A stretch of 64,000 bases of DNA from Candidatus Onstottus arcticum (GTDB taxonomy: Bacteria > Acidobacteriota > Blastocatellia > UBA7656). Location: assembly GCA_038040485.1 (NCBI GenBank), contig JBBPIE010000036.1, positions 3,076 to 67,075 of the forward strand, written 5' to 3'. Positions within the stretch are counted from its first letter, which is position 1. Each line of letters opens with the position of its first letter. The notes under the pieces were generated by a model that worked only from the letters and a program-made list of their open reading frames with translations, had not been told where the DNA came from and made no database searches. The translations under genes were made by a program, and so were the position numbers. Positions 46,056 through 55,267 of this stretch are shown here, in pieces.

Positions 46056-48296
46056 TTACGGTCGCTTCTTCGGGAACGGCAGCCTTATTCCGCCGGGCAC
46101 CGTCACCGTCTTGTCATTGATCACTGAACGCACTCCCGGCGGCAGGTAGCTCTGCATCCGATAAGACACGCCGCTGTTTTGCAGTATCTTTAGCGCGGCT
46201 TTCAGCGTCGGGTCATAATCTCGAGCTTCAGTCTCGTGACCCTTCCCCGCTTTTGAAATCTCCTCTCCCTCTGCGCCGCCGACCTGCTGGCCCTTCTCGG
46301 TGTAGAGCGCGGACAGCGCCAGATGATTGCCCGCCATCTCTCCTGAGTTGCTGGTCTCGCCCGTATAGCCGCTCGCCGTGTTGTACTCCTTGATCGCCTG
46401 ATCCGTGTCGCCCGTCGCGTGATAACAGTAAGCCAGCTCGCGATGCGCTTCGTAGTAGTCGGAGCGTAGCTCGATGGCTTTCTTCAGTTGAGGAATCGCC
46501 TGCGGGTACTGTTTCAATAGACGATAACTGTAGCCGACGCCGTAGTAGCCTTCCGGGTCGTCAGGCGAAATCGTCGAGGCGCGCACAAACGCCGAGAGCG
46601 CTTTTGACCGGTCGCGTTCCTGAAGCGTGTACGCGTAGCCGAGAGCGAGATTTACTACCGCGAGGTCGGGCGCTTTCTTCGCCGCCAGCTCCGCCGTTTT
46701 CACAGCTTCCTTTTCGGCGTCCTTGTATTTGACTGCTTTGTCCGGCCGCGGGTTGATCGACGCGTCCTGGGTTTCTTCGTGCAGCGACCAGCCGGCGAGC
46801 GCCCGCGAACGCCGGGCAAGCAGCGCCGCATTGTCCGGAGACTTTTCCGAGGCCGTCGATAGCAAATCAACAGCGTCCCGATAACGCCCGGCCGCCGTGT
46901 ATGCGCTTGCAAGCCGTTCCAACGCGGCGATCAGATTCGGGTCCTCACGCAAAGCTTGCTCGTAGGACGCAACGGCTTGCGGCCAGAGCTTTTGAGTCTC
47001 GAACGAAACTCCCTTCTCATAGCTCGCGTTGCTCGCGGAAGGCTTCAAGGTGATCGTGAATTCCTGTCGATAGCCGGGAACGACAGTGATTTTTGTTTCC
47101 GTTGCCTGGAACCCCTGCGCCTCGGCTCGCACTGTGTACTCGCCGGGCTGAAGGTCTCTTTCAATTGGAGAGGCGCCGAGCGGCTTGCCGTTCAAGCTCA
47201 ACGCGCCTTCTTTTGGCGACGTGAGCAGCGCGACCGAGCCCGTCGCGGGCGGTGCCGGAGGGTTTGCCGCTATCTGAGCCAGACGCACGATAAACATCGG
47301 GCCGTGAACTTCGGTTGCTACCATCATCGGCGTCTGCTCGACCGCATAGCGCGCGCGCTTCTGAAATTCCGCCGCCCACTTCTGCATGTTGTCGCGCAGG
47401 AAATCAGCCAGAGAACCGGCGTCCACTCGCCCGTCCGGCCGGCTTGCGAGAGCTCGAATTCCGGACAGGATGAAGTATGTAAAGACGCCGTGCTTGAGTT
47501 CGGGGTCTTCGTAAGCGCGCTCGCCAACCTGGCAGGCGTAAAAGATGATCGACGTCGCCGGCGGCGCGTCGGCAGCCGTAGAACCGCTGCGCGTGATGCG
47601 CAAGCCGCGGCTCATCACGTCGGTCATTGTGTTGCCTTTGATCCCGCGTCCCGGGAAGGGATCTTCGCGGCATGCGTCTATGAAGATCGAAAACTGCGAG
47701 GCTTTCAATGCGCTGAGCCGGCGCCCGAAGTCCTCAAGATCAACACCGCTTCGCTCGAGGGATTCCTTTGATGAGGCATCGACATCGACCGGCAGGAAAT
47801 AGCTCTTAGCGCCCTGGCCCAACCCGCGAGCGATGCCGTGACCCGCAAAGAACACGATCACCTCGTGACCCGGCTGCACTCGCGGCGCCAGGTAGCTGTC
47901 CACGGCGGCGAGAATATTCTGACGGGTAGCTTTCGCATCTCCGGCGCCGTCGTCAGTCAGCAGCCGCACGTGATCTTCGGGAAAGCCTGCGGCTGTGACC
48001 AGCAAGTCTTTGATCGATCGAGCATCGTCGCGCGCGAAAGTTAAGCTCTGGATTTGACCTGGGTACTTGCTGATCCCGACGACCAACGCCCACTGGTTGT
48101 CGGCCTTCTTGATCGCCGGTTCTGATTGGTTGGGCTTCGCTGCGGCTGGCTCAGTCTTGGCGTCAGGCTTGGAAGCCGGCGGTTTCTGCTCGGCCGGTTT
48201 CGCTCGGCGAGTTGGCGGCTTTTGCTGCGGTTCTGCGATCGCTAACGAGGAAAACAGACAAAGGGCTAGAAGGAAACACACAACACTGCGATGCAT
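46056..48296 (-). CDS. Exported caspase-family (C14) protease with PEGA and TPR domains
   Basis: Signal peptide; WALVVGISKY, FFAGHG, FIDACR, HGVFT; PEGA (PGEYTVRAEAQGF); TPRs. Confidence 0.88.
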   Translation of the reverse strand: MHRSVVCFLLALCLFSSLAIAEPQQKPPTRRAKPAEQKPPASKPDAKTEPAAAKPNQSEPAIKKADNQWALVVGISKYPGQIQSLTFARDDARSIKDLLVTAAGFPEDHVRLLTDDGAGDAKATRQNILAAVDSYLAPRVQPGHEVIVFFAGHGIARGLGQGAKSYFLPVDVDASSKESLERSGVDLEDFGRRLSALKASQFSIFIDACREDPFPGRGIKGNTMTDVMSRGLRITRSGSTAADAPPATSIIFYACQVGERAYEDPELKHGVFTYFILSGIRALASRPDGRVDAGSLADFLRDNMQKWAAEFQKRARYAVEQTPMMVATEVHGPMFIVRLAQIAANPPAPPATGSVALLTSPKEGALSLNGKPLGASPIERDLQPGEYTVRAEAQGFQATETKITVVPGYRQEFTITLKPSASNASYEKGVSFETQKLWPQAVASYEQALREDPNLIAALERLASAYTAAGRYRDAVDLLSTASEKSPDNAALLARRSRALAGWSLHEETQDASINPRPDKAVKYKDAEKEAVKTAELAAKKAPDLAVVNLALGYAYTLQERDRSKALSAFVRASTISPDDPEGYYGVGYSYRLLKQYPQAIPQLKKAIELRSDYYEAHRELAYCYHATGDTDQAIKEYNTASGYTGETSNSGEMAGNHLALSALYTEKGQQVGGAEGEEISKAGKGHETEARDYDPTLKAALKILQNSGVSYRMQSYLPPGVRSVINDKTVTVPGGIRLPFPKKRP

Positions 48297-48434
48297 AACG
48301 ACACCCCCATACGGCTAACACCTTGACGGCCAGTTGCGAAGGCCCAGATGACGTTCTCGGTTTTCGCTTCCTGGCAACGGTTCTCTTTGCGCCGAGTATT
48401 GCACAGCCTGTTTGACGCGAGCAAACTACGGCTA

Positions 48435-50462
48435 TCAAGGTCTCGCGGCGCGCCCTTCCCTATACATCTGCAAGCGGCCTTCGATTGATGACGCAAGTTG
48501 GTCCGCGCCGCCTGATCTTGCGATATCGATCGCTTCCTGAGCGACGGCGACTGCTTCCTGGAATCGCCCGATCGATGAGTAAACAGAAGCCTGGACGTCC
48601 AACGTGACGGGTTCGTGGCCAGAGACCTGCACCGCCTTGTCCGCAAGTCGAAGAGCCTCGCCCGTATCTCGAACCTCCGTCGCCTCAGCATCGACCAACA
48701 AGAGTGCAAACCGGCAGAGCGGTTGGGGCCATTCGGGCGCAACCGCAAGCGTTTCTCGATAAGCCGCAGCCGCCTCGATGAATTTCTTCTGCCGCTCGAG
48801 CACCGAAGCGAGTTGCATGTGCGCTTCCGCGGACTGGGGTTTTAACCTCAGTTCCTTTTGATACTCGTTAATAGCTTCGTCCAGGCGACCCAGGCCCTCA
48901 AGAGCTTTCCCAAAGTGAAAATGCAGTCGCTTCCTGCCGGGATCGTGTTCCAGCAAGCGGTGGAAATACGGCAACGCCTCGGCTGGCCGGCCCAGATTCA
49001 CCAGGCACGTTCCCATATTGTCCAGCGCATCAAAGGCGCCGGGATACAATCTGAGCGCTTCGGCATACTCAGCCAGCGCGCCTTCAAGGTCGCCCTGCGC
49101 TGTCAGACAAAAACCCACGTTGTTGTGACCTCTCCAGTTGTCGGGCCGTTTCTTAACATCGTCTAGCCAGATTGCCATCTTGCTATGGTAGTAGCTGTTG
49201 CGTTCGACTGTGAGCGAGCCGAGCCACGCCGCAACCACCGCCACTGAGCCGATCGCAAGCCAGCGCGCGATGGGAGATCCCTCCTCGCGCAGCAAAGGTA
49301 GCAATCGCGGCGCGACCCGGTATGTTCCCAACACTACAAGCGCCACGATTGCGGCGAGCGACAGGTAAGTGCGGTGCTCAACTGCCAGGTCGAGGATCGG
49401 CATGATGCTCGACGTTGGGGCGAGAATCAAAAAGAACCAGATTCCCAAAAAGCCAGTTTCCGGACGACGCTTGAGCGCGAGCAACGTCAGCAGACCGAGC
49501 GCGCCGATCACGAGCGCGAACGGCACGATCTTCGACGCGCCAACGGCTAATGGCCAGGCGTAGTCGATGCACAGATCGTAAGGCCACAACGACAGCCGTA
49601 AGTAATAAACGATAACTTCAAACTGCGACAGGAAGTAGCCGAGCGGCGTCATCTCCGTCAGATGGAATCCCGCCGAATCCTGGTGAGAACTGGCGGCGTG
49701 AACGGTGGCCGCAAGGATCAACCAGGTTGATGCGAGACCCGCATACAGGCCCGCGCGCCGCTTGATTGTTTCCTTCCAACCGTCCGAGAAGAAGATGAGA
49801 TCGTAGATCGCAACCATGATCGGCGCGGTGACCATGACCGGCTTGCTCGCCATCCCGGCGGCGCAGGCTAAGACGGCCGTGCCGTACCACAGCCCGGCGT
49901 GGCGCCCCGTCCGCCCTCGAATCACACAGTAAAGCGTCAACAGGTAGGAGAGTCCGCACATCGCTTCAGAACGTTGGATCAGGTAAGTGACCGACTCGGT
50001 GTGCAGCGGATGCACCATCCAAACCAGCGCCACGGCGAGAGCCAGCCCAGTCGACGCCTTGCCGAATCGGTCCTTCAATCTGGCGGTCAACAACGTGCGG
50101 CGGACCACTCCAAACAATGTCAGCGCCGCAAGTATGTGGATCGCCAGGTTGAACAGGTGGTAGCTCCACAGATCGGCGCCGCTCATCGCATAGTTGATCG
50201 CCAGCGACAGACCGACCAGCGGACGCGAGACTTGCGGAGGCGAGGTCATCGCTCCCCACGGAGGCCAGAGCTGCCGGATGGACGGGTCGTCAGTGATCAC
50301 GGTGTCATCGAAAACTATTTGACCCTTGAAGCTGTTGAGGTAGATGAGAACGCCGGCGACGATTAGCAGCGCCGCACCGGCACGCACTTGTGTCGAGGGT
50401 GTGTGTAAGCTAGCCGACGGAGAAGCGTTGGAGGAAGTTGTCACCGGGTCACTCCAGGTCAA
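48435..50462 (-). CDS. TMTC-like GT-C glycosyltransferase membrane protein with C-terminal TPRs
   Basis: FDD, SRPL, YH.FNL.IH, HPLHTESVTY..QRSE, EHRTYL motifs; multi-TM; TPRs. Confidence 0.8.
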   Translation of the reverse strand: MTWSDPVTTSSNASPSASLHTPSTQVRAGAALLIVAGVLIYLNSFKGQIVFDDTVITDDPSIRQLWPPWGAMTSPPQVSRPLVGLSLAINYAMSGADLWSYHLFNLAIHILAALTLFGVVRRTLLTARLKDRFGKASTGLALAVALVWMVHPLHTESVTYLIQRSEAMCGLSYLLTLYCVIRGRTGRHAGLWYGTAVLACAAGMASKPVMVTAPIMVAIYDLIFFSDGWKETIKRRAGLYAGLASTWLILAATVHAASSHQDSAGFHLTEMTPLGYFLSQFEVIVYYLRLSLWPYDLCIDYAWPLAVGASKIVPFALVIGALGLLTLLALKRRPETGFLGIWFFLILAPTSSIMPILDLAVEHRTYLSLAAIVALVVLGTYRVAPRLLPLLREEGSPIARWLAIGSVAVVAAWLGSLTVERNSYYHSKMAIWLDDVKKRPDNWRGHNNVGFCLTAQGDLEGALAEYAEALRLYPGAFDALDNMGTCLVNLGRPAEALPYFHRLLEHDPGRKRLHFHFGKALEGLGRLDEAINEYQKELRLKPQSAEAHMQLASVLERQKKFIEAAAAYRETLAVAPEWPQPLCRFALLLVDAEATEVRDTGEALRLADKAVQVSGHEPVTLDVQASVYSSIGRFQEAVAVAQEAIDIARSGGADQLASSIEGRLQMYREGRAARP

Positions 50463-50490
50463 GCAACATACTGGCGATGTTCCGCCGCAT

Positions 50491-51426
50491 CTACTTCGGC
50501 GTGTTCCCTATGTCCAAAACGATAGCCTGCAGGAGCAGTTGAAAGCCGAGGATCAAAGGCAGCAGCGCGAGCATGATCGTGCCGGTCGGCGTCGCTCTAC
50601 CAGTGACGGCCGTCTCGATCCACAGGTATACGCCAAACCCGGAACCCCAGAGAAACAGCGCCAGACCCATGAACAGAAACAGCGCAACCGGCGAGAAGTC
50701 TCTCAGGACATAGCGTTGATAGATCCGTCGCGTGAATCGCTGGAGCAACAGAAACGGGAACGTCATTCCGACTTTGAGCGGGTTCAAGTCTGACACCTCG
50801 TTCCCGTAGCGTGACGGTATCGCAACATCGGCCACGCGCGAGCTGTGAAAGTTCAGCGCGACCAGCATGTCATTCTCAAAGAAGAAGCGCTTGTGGATCT
50901 TGTTCAGGTTGAGCATCCGCAGCGACCGGGACTTGATTGCCGTGTAGCCGTTCTGAGGATCGAACACGTGCCAATAACCCGAAGCCAGCTTTGTCATGAA
51001 GGTCAGCGCTACATTGCCCAGCAACCGGTGCTTCGGCATGAAAGCAAGCGACTCGCCTGCCAGGAAGCGATTGCCCTTCGCGTAGTCGAATTCCTTCTCG
51101 ATCACGGCGTCCAGCAAGTCCCCAAGAAACTCCGGGGGCATCTGTCCATCCCCGTCCATTTTGACCAGCACGTCACCCCCAAGCTCCAGACCTTTCTGGT
51201 AACCAAGTATCGTCGCGCCGCCGACGCCCTGATTGGAATCGGGCTTCAACACAGTGACGCGCGGGTCGCGGGACTTCTCGGCAACCCCGGCCGTTTGGTC
51301 GCTGCTGCAATCATCGACCACGATGATGTGATCCACGAAGTCGGGCATCGTGGCAATCACTTCGCCGATGTGCGCGGCTTCGTTGCGGCTGGGCGCGACA
51401 ACGACAATCCGGTTGTTCTTATACAT
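50491..51426 (-). CDS. GT2 glycosyltransferase (polyprenol-phosphate sugar synthase-like) with C-terminal TMs
   Basis: VVDDCSSD.T, MDGDGQM, KGNRF, D.QNGY. Confidence 0.88.
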   Translation of the reverse strand: MYKNNRIVVVAPSRNEAAHIGEVIATMPDFVDHIIVVDDCSSDQTAGVAEKSRDPRVTVLKPDSNQGVGGATILGYQKGLELGGDVLVKMDGDGQMPPEFLGDLLDAVIEKEFDYAKGNRFLAGESLAFMPKHRLLGNVALTFMTKLASGYWHVFDPQNGYTAIKSRSLRMLNLNKIHKRFFFENDMLVALNFHSSRVADVAIPSRYGNEVSDLNPLKVGMTFPFLLLQRFTRRIYQRYVLRDFSPVALFLFMGLALFLWGSGFGVYLWIETAVTGRATPTGTIMLALLPLILGFQLLLQAIVLDIGNTPK

Positions 51427-51452
51427 TCCTCCCTCTTCCCTAGTTCCTCAGC

Positions 51453-51544
51453 CACCTGTACGGGCGTCCCTCCGTGGGCGCCCCTCTTTGCGGGCACTTT
51501 GATTGCCAATGAGGGGCGCCCACGGAGGGACGCCCATACAGGTG
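51453..51544. repeat. REP-like inverted doublet, family C
   Basis: 34-bp IR with 1 mismatch: CACCTGTACGGGCGTCCCTCCGTGGGCGCCCCTC (51453-51486) / 51511-51544. Confidence 0.85.
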
Positions 51545-51570
51545 TTCATCACAATCCTCGTGACCGAGTT

Positions 51571-52170
51571 CTAAGGCTTCACGCTGATCGACACGAACTC
51601 GTTGTACTTGAAGACACGTCCGAAGACGAGCGGCAATGGAAACGAGTACTGTTTCAACGTCGCGAGTCCGCACCGCTTGGCTATGCGGCGCAGCGCTTCG
51701 AAATCCGTGAAATGAACGTGTGTCGGGTCCGAATCGAAGCCGCGCTGCTGAGGAGTGATCAGCACGACGCGCCCGTTTGGCTTTAACAGCCGCTCATATC
51801 GCTGCAACAGTCCGACTGCGTCCTGTTCGGTCATGTGCTCGACTACGTGGGCCAGCAGGAGTGAATCGAAACTGCCCGGCCGATTGAATTTCGTCAGTTC
51901 AAACTCATCGGGCACATAAGCGTCGAGCCCGCGCGCTCTCGCAAACTCGATCGAGGCCCGGTTGTGATCGATTCCAACACCTCGCCCTCCGAGGTGCTTC
52001 AGATTTCTTCCAAGCCCGCATCCGATGTCGAGCGTGAAGCCCAGTTCGAGCCGACGGAGGTTCCAACGATAGGGCGCCTGCACGTCGAGCGCGCGCTTCC
52101 ACCATACGCCGCCCAGCGACGAAAGCCTCGCGGTGTATTCGGCATCGGTTGTCGCTGGCTTGACCGCCAT
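51571..52170 (-). CDS. Class I SAM-dependent methyltransferase
   Basis: LDIGCGLG, FD....HVVEH, LKPNG. Confidence 0.9.
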   Translation of the reverse strand: MAVKPATTDAEYTARLSSLGGVWWKRALDVQAPYRWNLRRLELGFTLDIGCGLGRNLKHLGGRGVGIDHNRASIEFARARGLDAYVPDEFELTKFNRPGSFDSLLLAHVVEHMTEQDAVGLLQRYERLLKPNGRVVLITPQQRGFDSDPTHVHFTDFEALRRIAKRCGLATLKQYSFPLPLVFGRVFKYNEFVSISVKP

Positions 52171-52190
52171 CGTCCTCGCACCTCAATCAG

Positions 52191-53234
52191 CTACCAGCGC
52201 ACAAGCGCCAGCGTCAGCATCCTCACCACGTAAAAGAACGGATCGATGATCCGTTGAGCGAACCGCGCGAGGCGTCCTTGCTTTGCATTTTCCAATTCGA
52301 GCTTCGAGGACGTGCGCCGCAACAATTCGTGATCGCGAACCTTGCGAGCAGCCTGAGCGGTTCTGCGAGATCGCATGATCATCCACCAGTTGTCCATTAC
52401 CGATTGATAAGCCCGGAGCTTGTTCCGGGAGTTGGCGCGATCATACAACAGCACGAAGCCCCAGGTTATGGCCTCAGCCGCAAGCAGCGCGGGAAGCATC
52501 ACAAACAACGTCGCCCACCTGAAAGTCTTCAGCAGCATCAGGTACCGATTTCGTTCCTGATAGAAGACCTTCAAGGGAAACATCTTCAACGAGTAGTCGT
52601 GATAAACGATGCTATCGGCCGCAAAGCGCGATTCCCACCCGGCCAGTCTCGCTCGCAAGGAAAGATCGGTGTCTTCCATATAGAGAAACATCGTTTCATC
52701 GAAGCCGCCCAGCGATTCGAATACATCTCGCCGAATCGCGAACGCAGCGCCCGATACGGCGTCAACGTCTTCGTCGCTATTGAACCTCTCGCTCGAAGCG
52801 CCCAGCCCCCGGCACAACGTGAGCCCGGTCAGGTGCACTGTGTTCCCACAAGTGTTTATGCGCTTTGGGTCATTCAGCATCAAGATCTTCGAAGTCACCA
52901 AGCCAACGTCCGCCCGCGCATCGAGAGGCTTGGTCAACGCCGTGAGCCAGCCCGGATCCACCGTCGTGTCGGGATTAAGAAAAACGAGATGCTCGCCTCG
53001 CGCGCGGCTCGCTCCCAGATTGCATCCGCCGCCAAAGCCCAGGTTCTCGCTCGAGCGTACAACAGTCACCTCGGTGAAGCGGGCCGCTGAGTCGGCGCTC
53101 CCATCGACGGACGCGTTGTCGACGACGATCACCTCGAAGGCGGCATGAGCCGTCTCTTTCACCGACTGAAGACAGCGGGTGATATCTTCTCGCTTGTTGT
53201 AGCTGACGATGATGATGCTCGCGCGTGGCTCCAT
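52191..53234 (-). CDS. GT2 glycosyltransferase
   Basis: IIIVSYN, VVDNASVDGS, NLGFGGGCN, FLNPD, GGFDE.MFLYMEDTDL. Confidence 0.92.
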   Translation of the reverse strand: MEPRASIIIVSYNKREDITRCLQSVKETAHAAFEVIVVDNASVDGSADSAARFTEVTVVRSSENLGFGGGCNLGASRARGEHLVFLNPDTTVDPGWLTALTKPLDARADVGLVTSKILMLNDPKRINTCGNTVHLTGLTLCRGLGASSERFNSDEDVDAVSGAAFAIRRDVFESLGGFDETMFLYMEDTDLSLRARLAGWESRFAADSIVYHDYSLKMFPLKVFYQERNRYLMLLKTFRWATLFVMLPALLAAEAITWGFVLLYDRANSRNKLRAYQSVMDNWWMIMRSRRTAQAARKVRDHELLRRTSSKLELENAKQGRLARFAQRIIDPFFYVVRMLTLALVRW

Positions 53235-53312
53235 GCTTTCTGTCGCGGGGGTTGGAGTGATTCTACACAGAAAGCCTGGTTTGGAGAAGAATCTTTGTCG
53301 ATTGAGTGGTCT

Positions 53313-53410
53313 TCTCTGCGTGACCTCCGCGTCTCTGGGTCTCTGCGGTTAGAAGACCCCGCATCATTAACTAGCCGAGGAAACATCGAGACGCGGAGAT
53401 TACACCGAGG
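53313..53410. repeat. Degenerate inverted 9-mer-type repeat (CTCCGCGTCTC / GAGACGCGGAG)
   Basis: Arms at 53325-53335 and 53388-53398 within CTCTGCG-like reiterations. Confidence 0.55.
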
Positions 53411-53433
53411 TCAGTCGGGCGCTCCGTCAACTC

Positions 53434-54325
53434 TCAGGCGCCCGCGGCTGCGGCTTGCGCAGGCGGCGGTATCACGTTGAGCCTCTGTAGCAACACGACT
53501 ATGAGCAGCGTCAAGAGCACCCCGACGAACAATAAGGTCAGCAGCAAAGCGTACCACTCGATCGTCCAGCCGAGCGCTACGGTTACTCGATGACTGAACG
53601 AGATGCCGGGCTTTGGAGCGCCCTCCTCCTCCAGGGCCCAGCTTCACCGTGCAGAACGCGTTTTCCTCATCGTAGTCGCCTAGTTTTACGCCGCCGGATT
53701 GGATCTCCCGTTCGATCTCCAGAATCCGATTTTCAAGGTTTGTGAATTCCTCGATGTTCCCGCTCTTGCTTTTGAGAGCGATCAGCGCGTCGCGAGTTTT
53801 CTCCATTGAAGCGCGGTTCGCTTTCAGTTCCTTATACTCGTTGGTCTTGTCGGTCTTATCTATGCGAATCGAAGACAACTCACCCACCGTTTTCAATTCG
53901 GAGACCATGGGGTCGAAGCGATCGGGCGGGACGCCTATCGAAACCTGGACGCGTCGGCTCCCGGCCAGCCCTGACGCCTGTTCGAATTGGATCAAGGCGT
54001 TGTATTTCGAAGTCAGCTCGCGGACTTTCTTTTCATCATCTTCAAAAGCGCCGGTCTTCGAGTGTACGGACGCGACCTTCTCGTACTTCTGGTCTATGCT
54101 GTGCGATTCGACGCCGTCGCCTTTCTGGACTTTGAGTTTCTCGCTGGCGTAGTTCTCCTTCGAGTCCCTCCCACCGACTGTGGTAAGAATCGCCGCGGAA
54201 AGGGCGTTGGCTGAGTTGAGTGGCGGCGCTGATGGAGCCAAGTATCCGTAAGCGAGCCGCCCGGCAAACAACACGACGAACCCCGCGGCCAAACAAAACA
54301 TTCCTTTCTTGATTCGTTGCTTCAT
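53434..54325 (-). pseudogene. DUF4349-like membrane protein with a 1-bp insertion near 53637-53639
   Basis: Coding frame becomes non-protein-like after FCTVKL; the alternative frame gives LEEEGAPKPGISFSHRVTVALGWTIEWYALLLTLLFVGVLLTLLIVVLL...stop at 53434. Confidence 0.7.
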
Positions 54326-54651
54326 CACTGGGTACCTCCTACTTCACAATCTCGGTGTGATAGGTATCAGCAAGGAGCTTACAACGCAACCAGTCACGAG
54401 ACTGAGCATGTTCCCGGTCGCGATTGTTGATGTAACGAATTGGACCGCTCTCTTGAGGTGGGTTCCTGGAGAAAGGTTGCAGCGCGGGCCAGCCCAAAAG
54501 GTTTCCGAGGGTTAAGAAAGATCGAGGCGGCAGACCTTGGAACTCCTGGTTCGCCGCGTCGAGCTCGCAGCCTGCGGTATGTCGTGCTTGATGTGATACA
54601 TAATAAGGTGATAGATTCGATGCCAGGAAAATCAACACTCAGAGCACAAAC

Positions 54652-54936
54652 ATGTCTATGAAAGTTACCGAGGACATCAGGTCTGTGACCGAACTCAAGC
54701 GCCGTACTCGCGAGATACTTGAGCAGGTTCGCCGCACCCGGCGTCCCGTTGTGCTGACCGTGAACGGAAAGGCCGACGCGGTGCTGATCGACGCTCGGAC
54801 TTACGAGAAACACCTGAGCGCCAGCAACCTTTCCAGCCTTCTCTTACCCGCCGAGCAAGACGTGCTTCACAAGCGCACAAGGCCCATGCGCGCTTTCTTA
54901 CGAGAGTTCAAGAATGCCCGCAAGGTTTCAAGTTAA
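54652..54936 (+). CDS. Phd/YefM family antitoxin
   Basis: EDIRSVTELK...RPVVLTVNGKADAVL.D...YE. Confidence 0.9.
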   Translation: MSMKVTEDIRSVTELKRRTREILEQVRRTRRPVVLTVNGKADAVLIDARTYEKHLSASNLSSLLLPAEQDVLHKRTRPMRAFLREFKNARKVSS

Positions 54937-55234
54937 GATCACCAGGTCCGCGGAACAGGACATCGAAGACATCTGGACTTTCATAGCGAGCGACAACGAG
55001 GACGCAGCAACGAAGTTCGTTGGAGAGCTGGAGCGACAGGCAGCCAGGCTCGCTCGTTTTCCAGAAAGATGCGCTCTAATCCCAGAAAACGAACTCCTCG
55101 GCGCACGGTATCGCCATCTGGTTTATGGAGCGTACCGCACAGTTTTCCGCATTGAAGGAAGAATTGTATATGTGCTGCGAATCGTACACGGCGCACGGCT
55201 GCTAGACACGTCGATGTTCGAGCTCGATCGATGA
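54914..55234 (+). CDS. RelE/ParE family toxin
   Basis: V.ITRSAEQDIEDIWTFIA.DN..AA, YRTVFRI, VLRIVHGAR. Confidence 0.9.
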   Translation: MPARFQVKITRSAEQDIEDIWTFIASDNEDAATKFVGELERQAARLARFPERCALIPENELLGARYRHLVYGAYRTVFRIEGRIVYVLRIVHGARLLDTSMFELDR

Positions 55235-55267
55235 GCAGCCGTGCGCAAGACCGTAGATTCCGAAGGG

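Noticed and set aside
54330-54650. Intergenic region and short ORFs between the DUF4349-like gene and the Phd gene
   Set aside because: No recognisable protein motif, RNA family or repeat.
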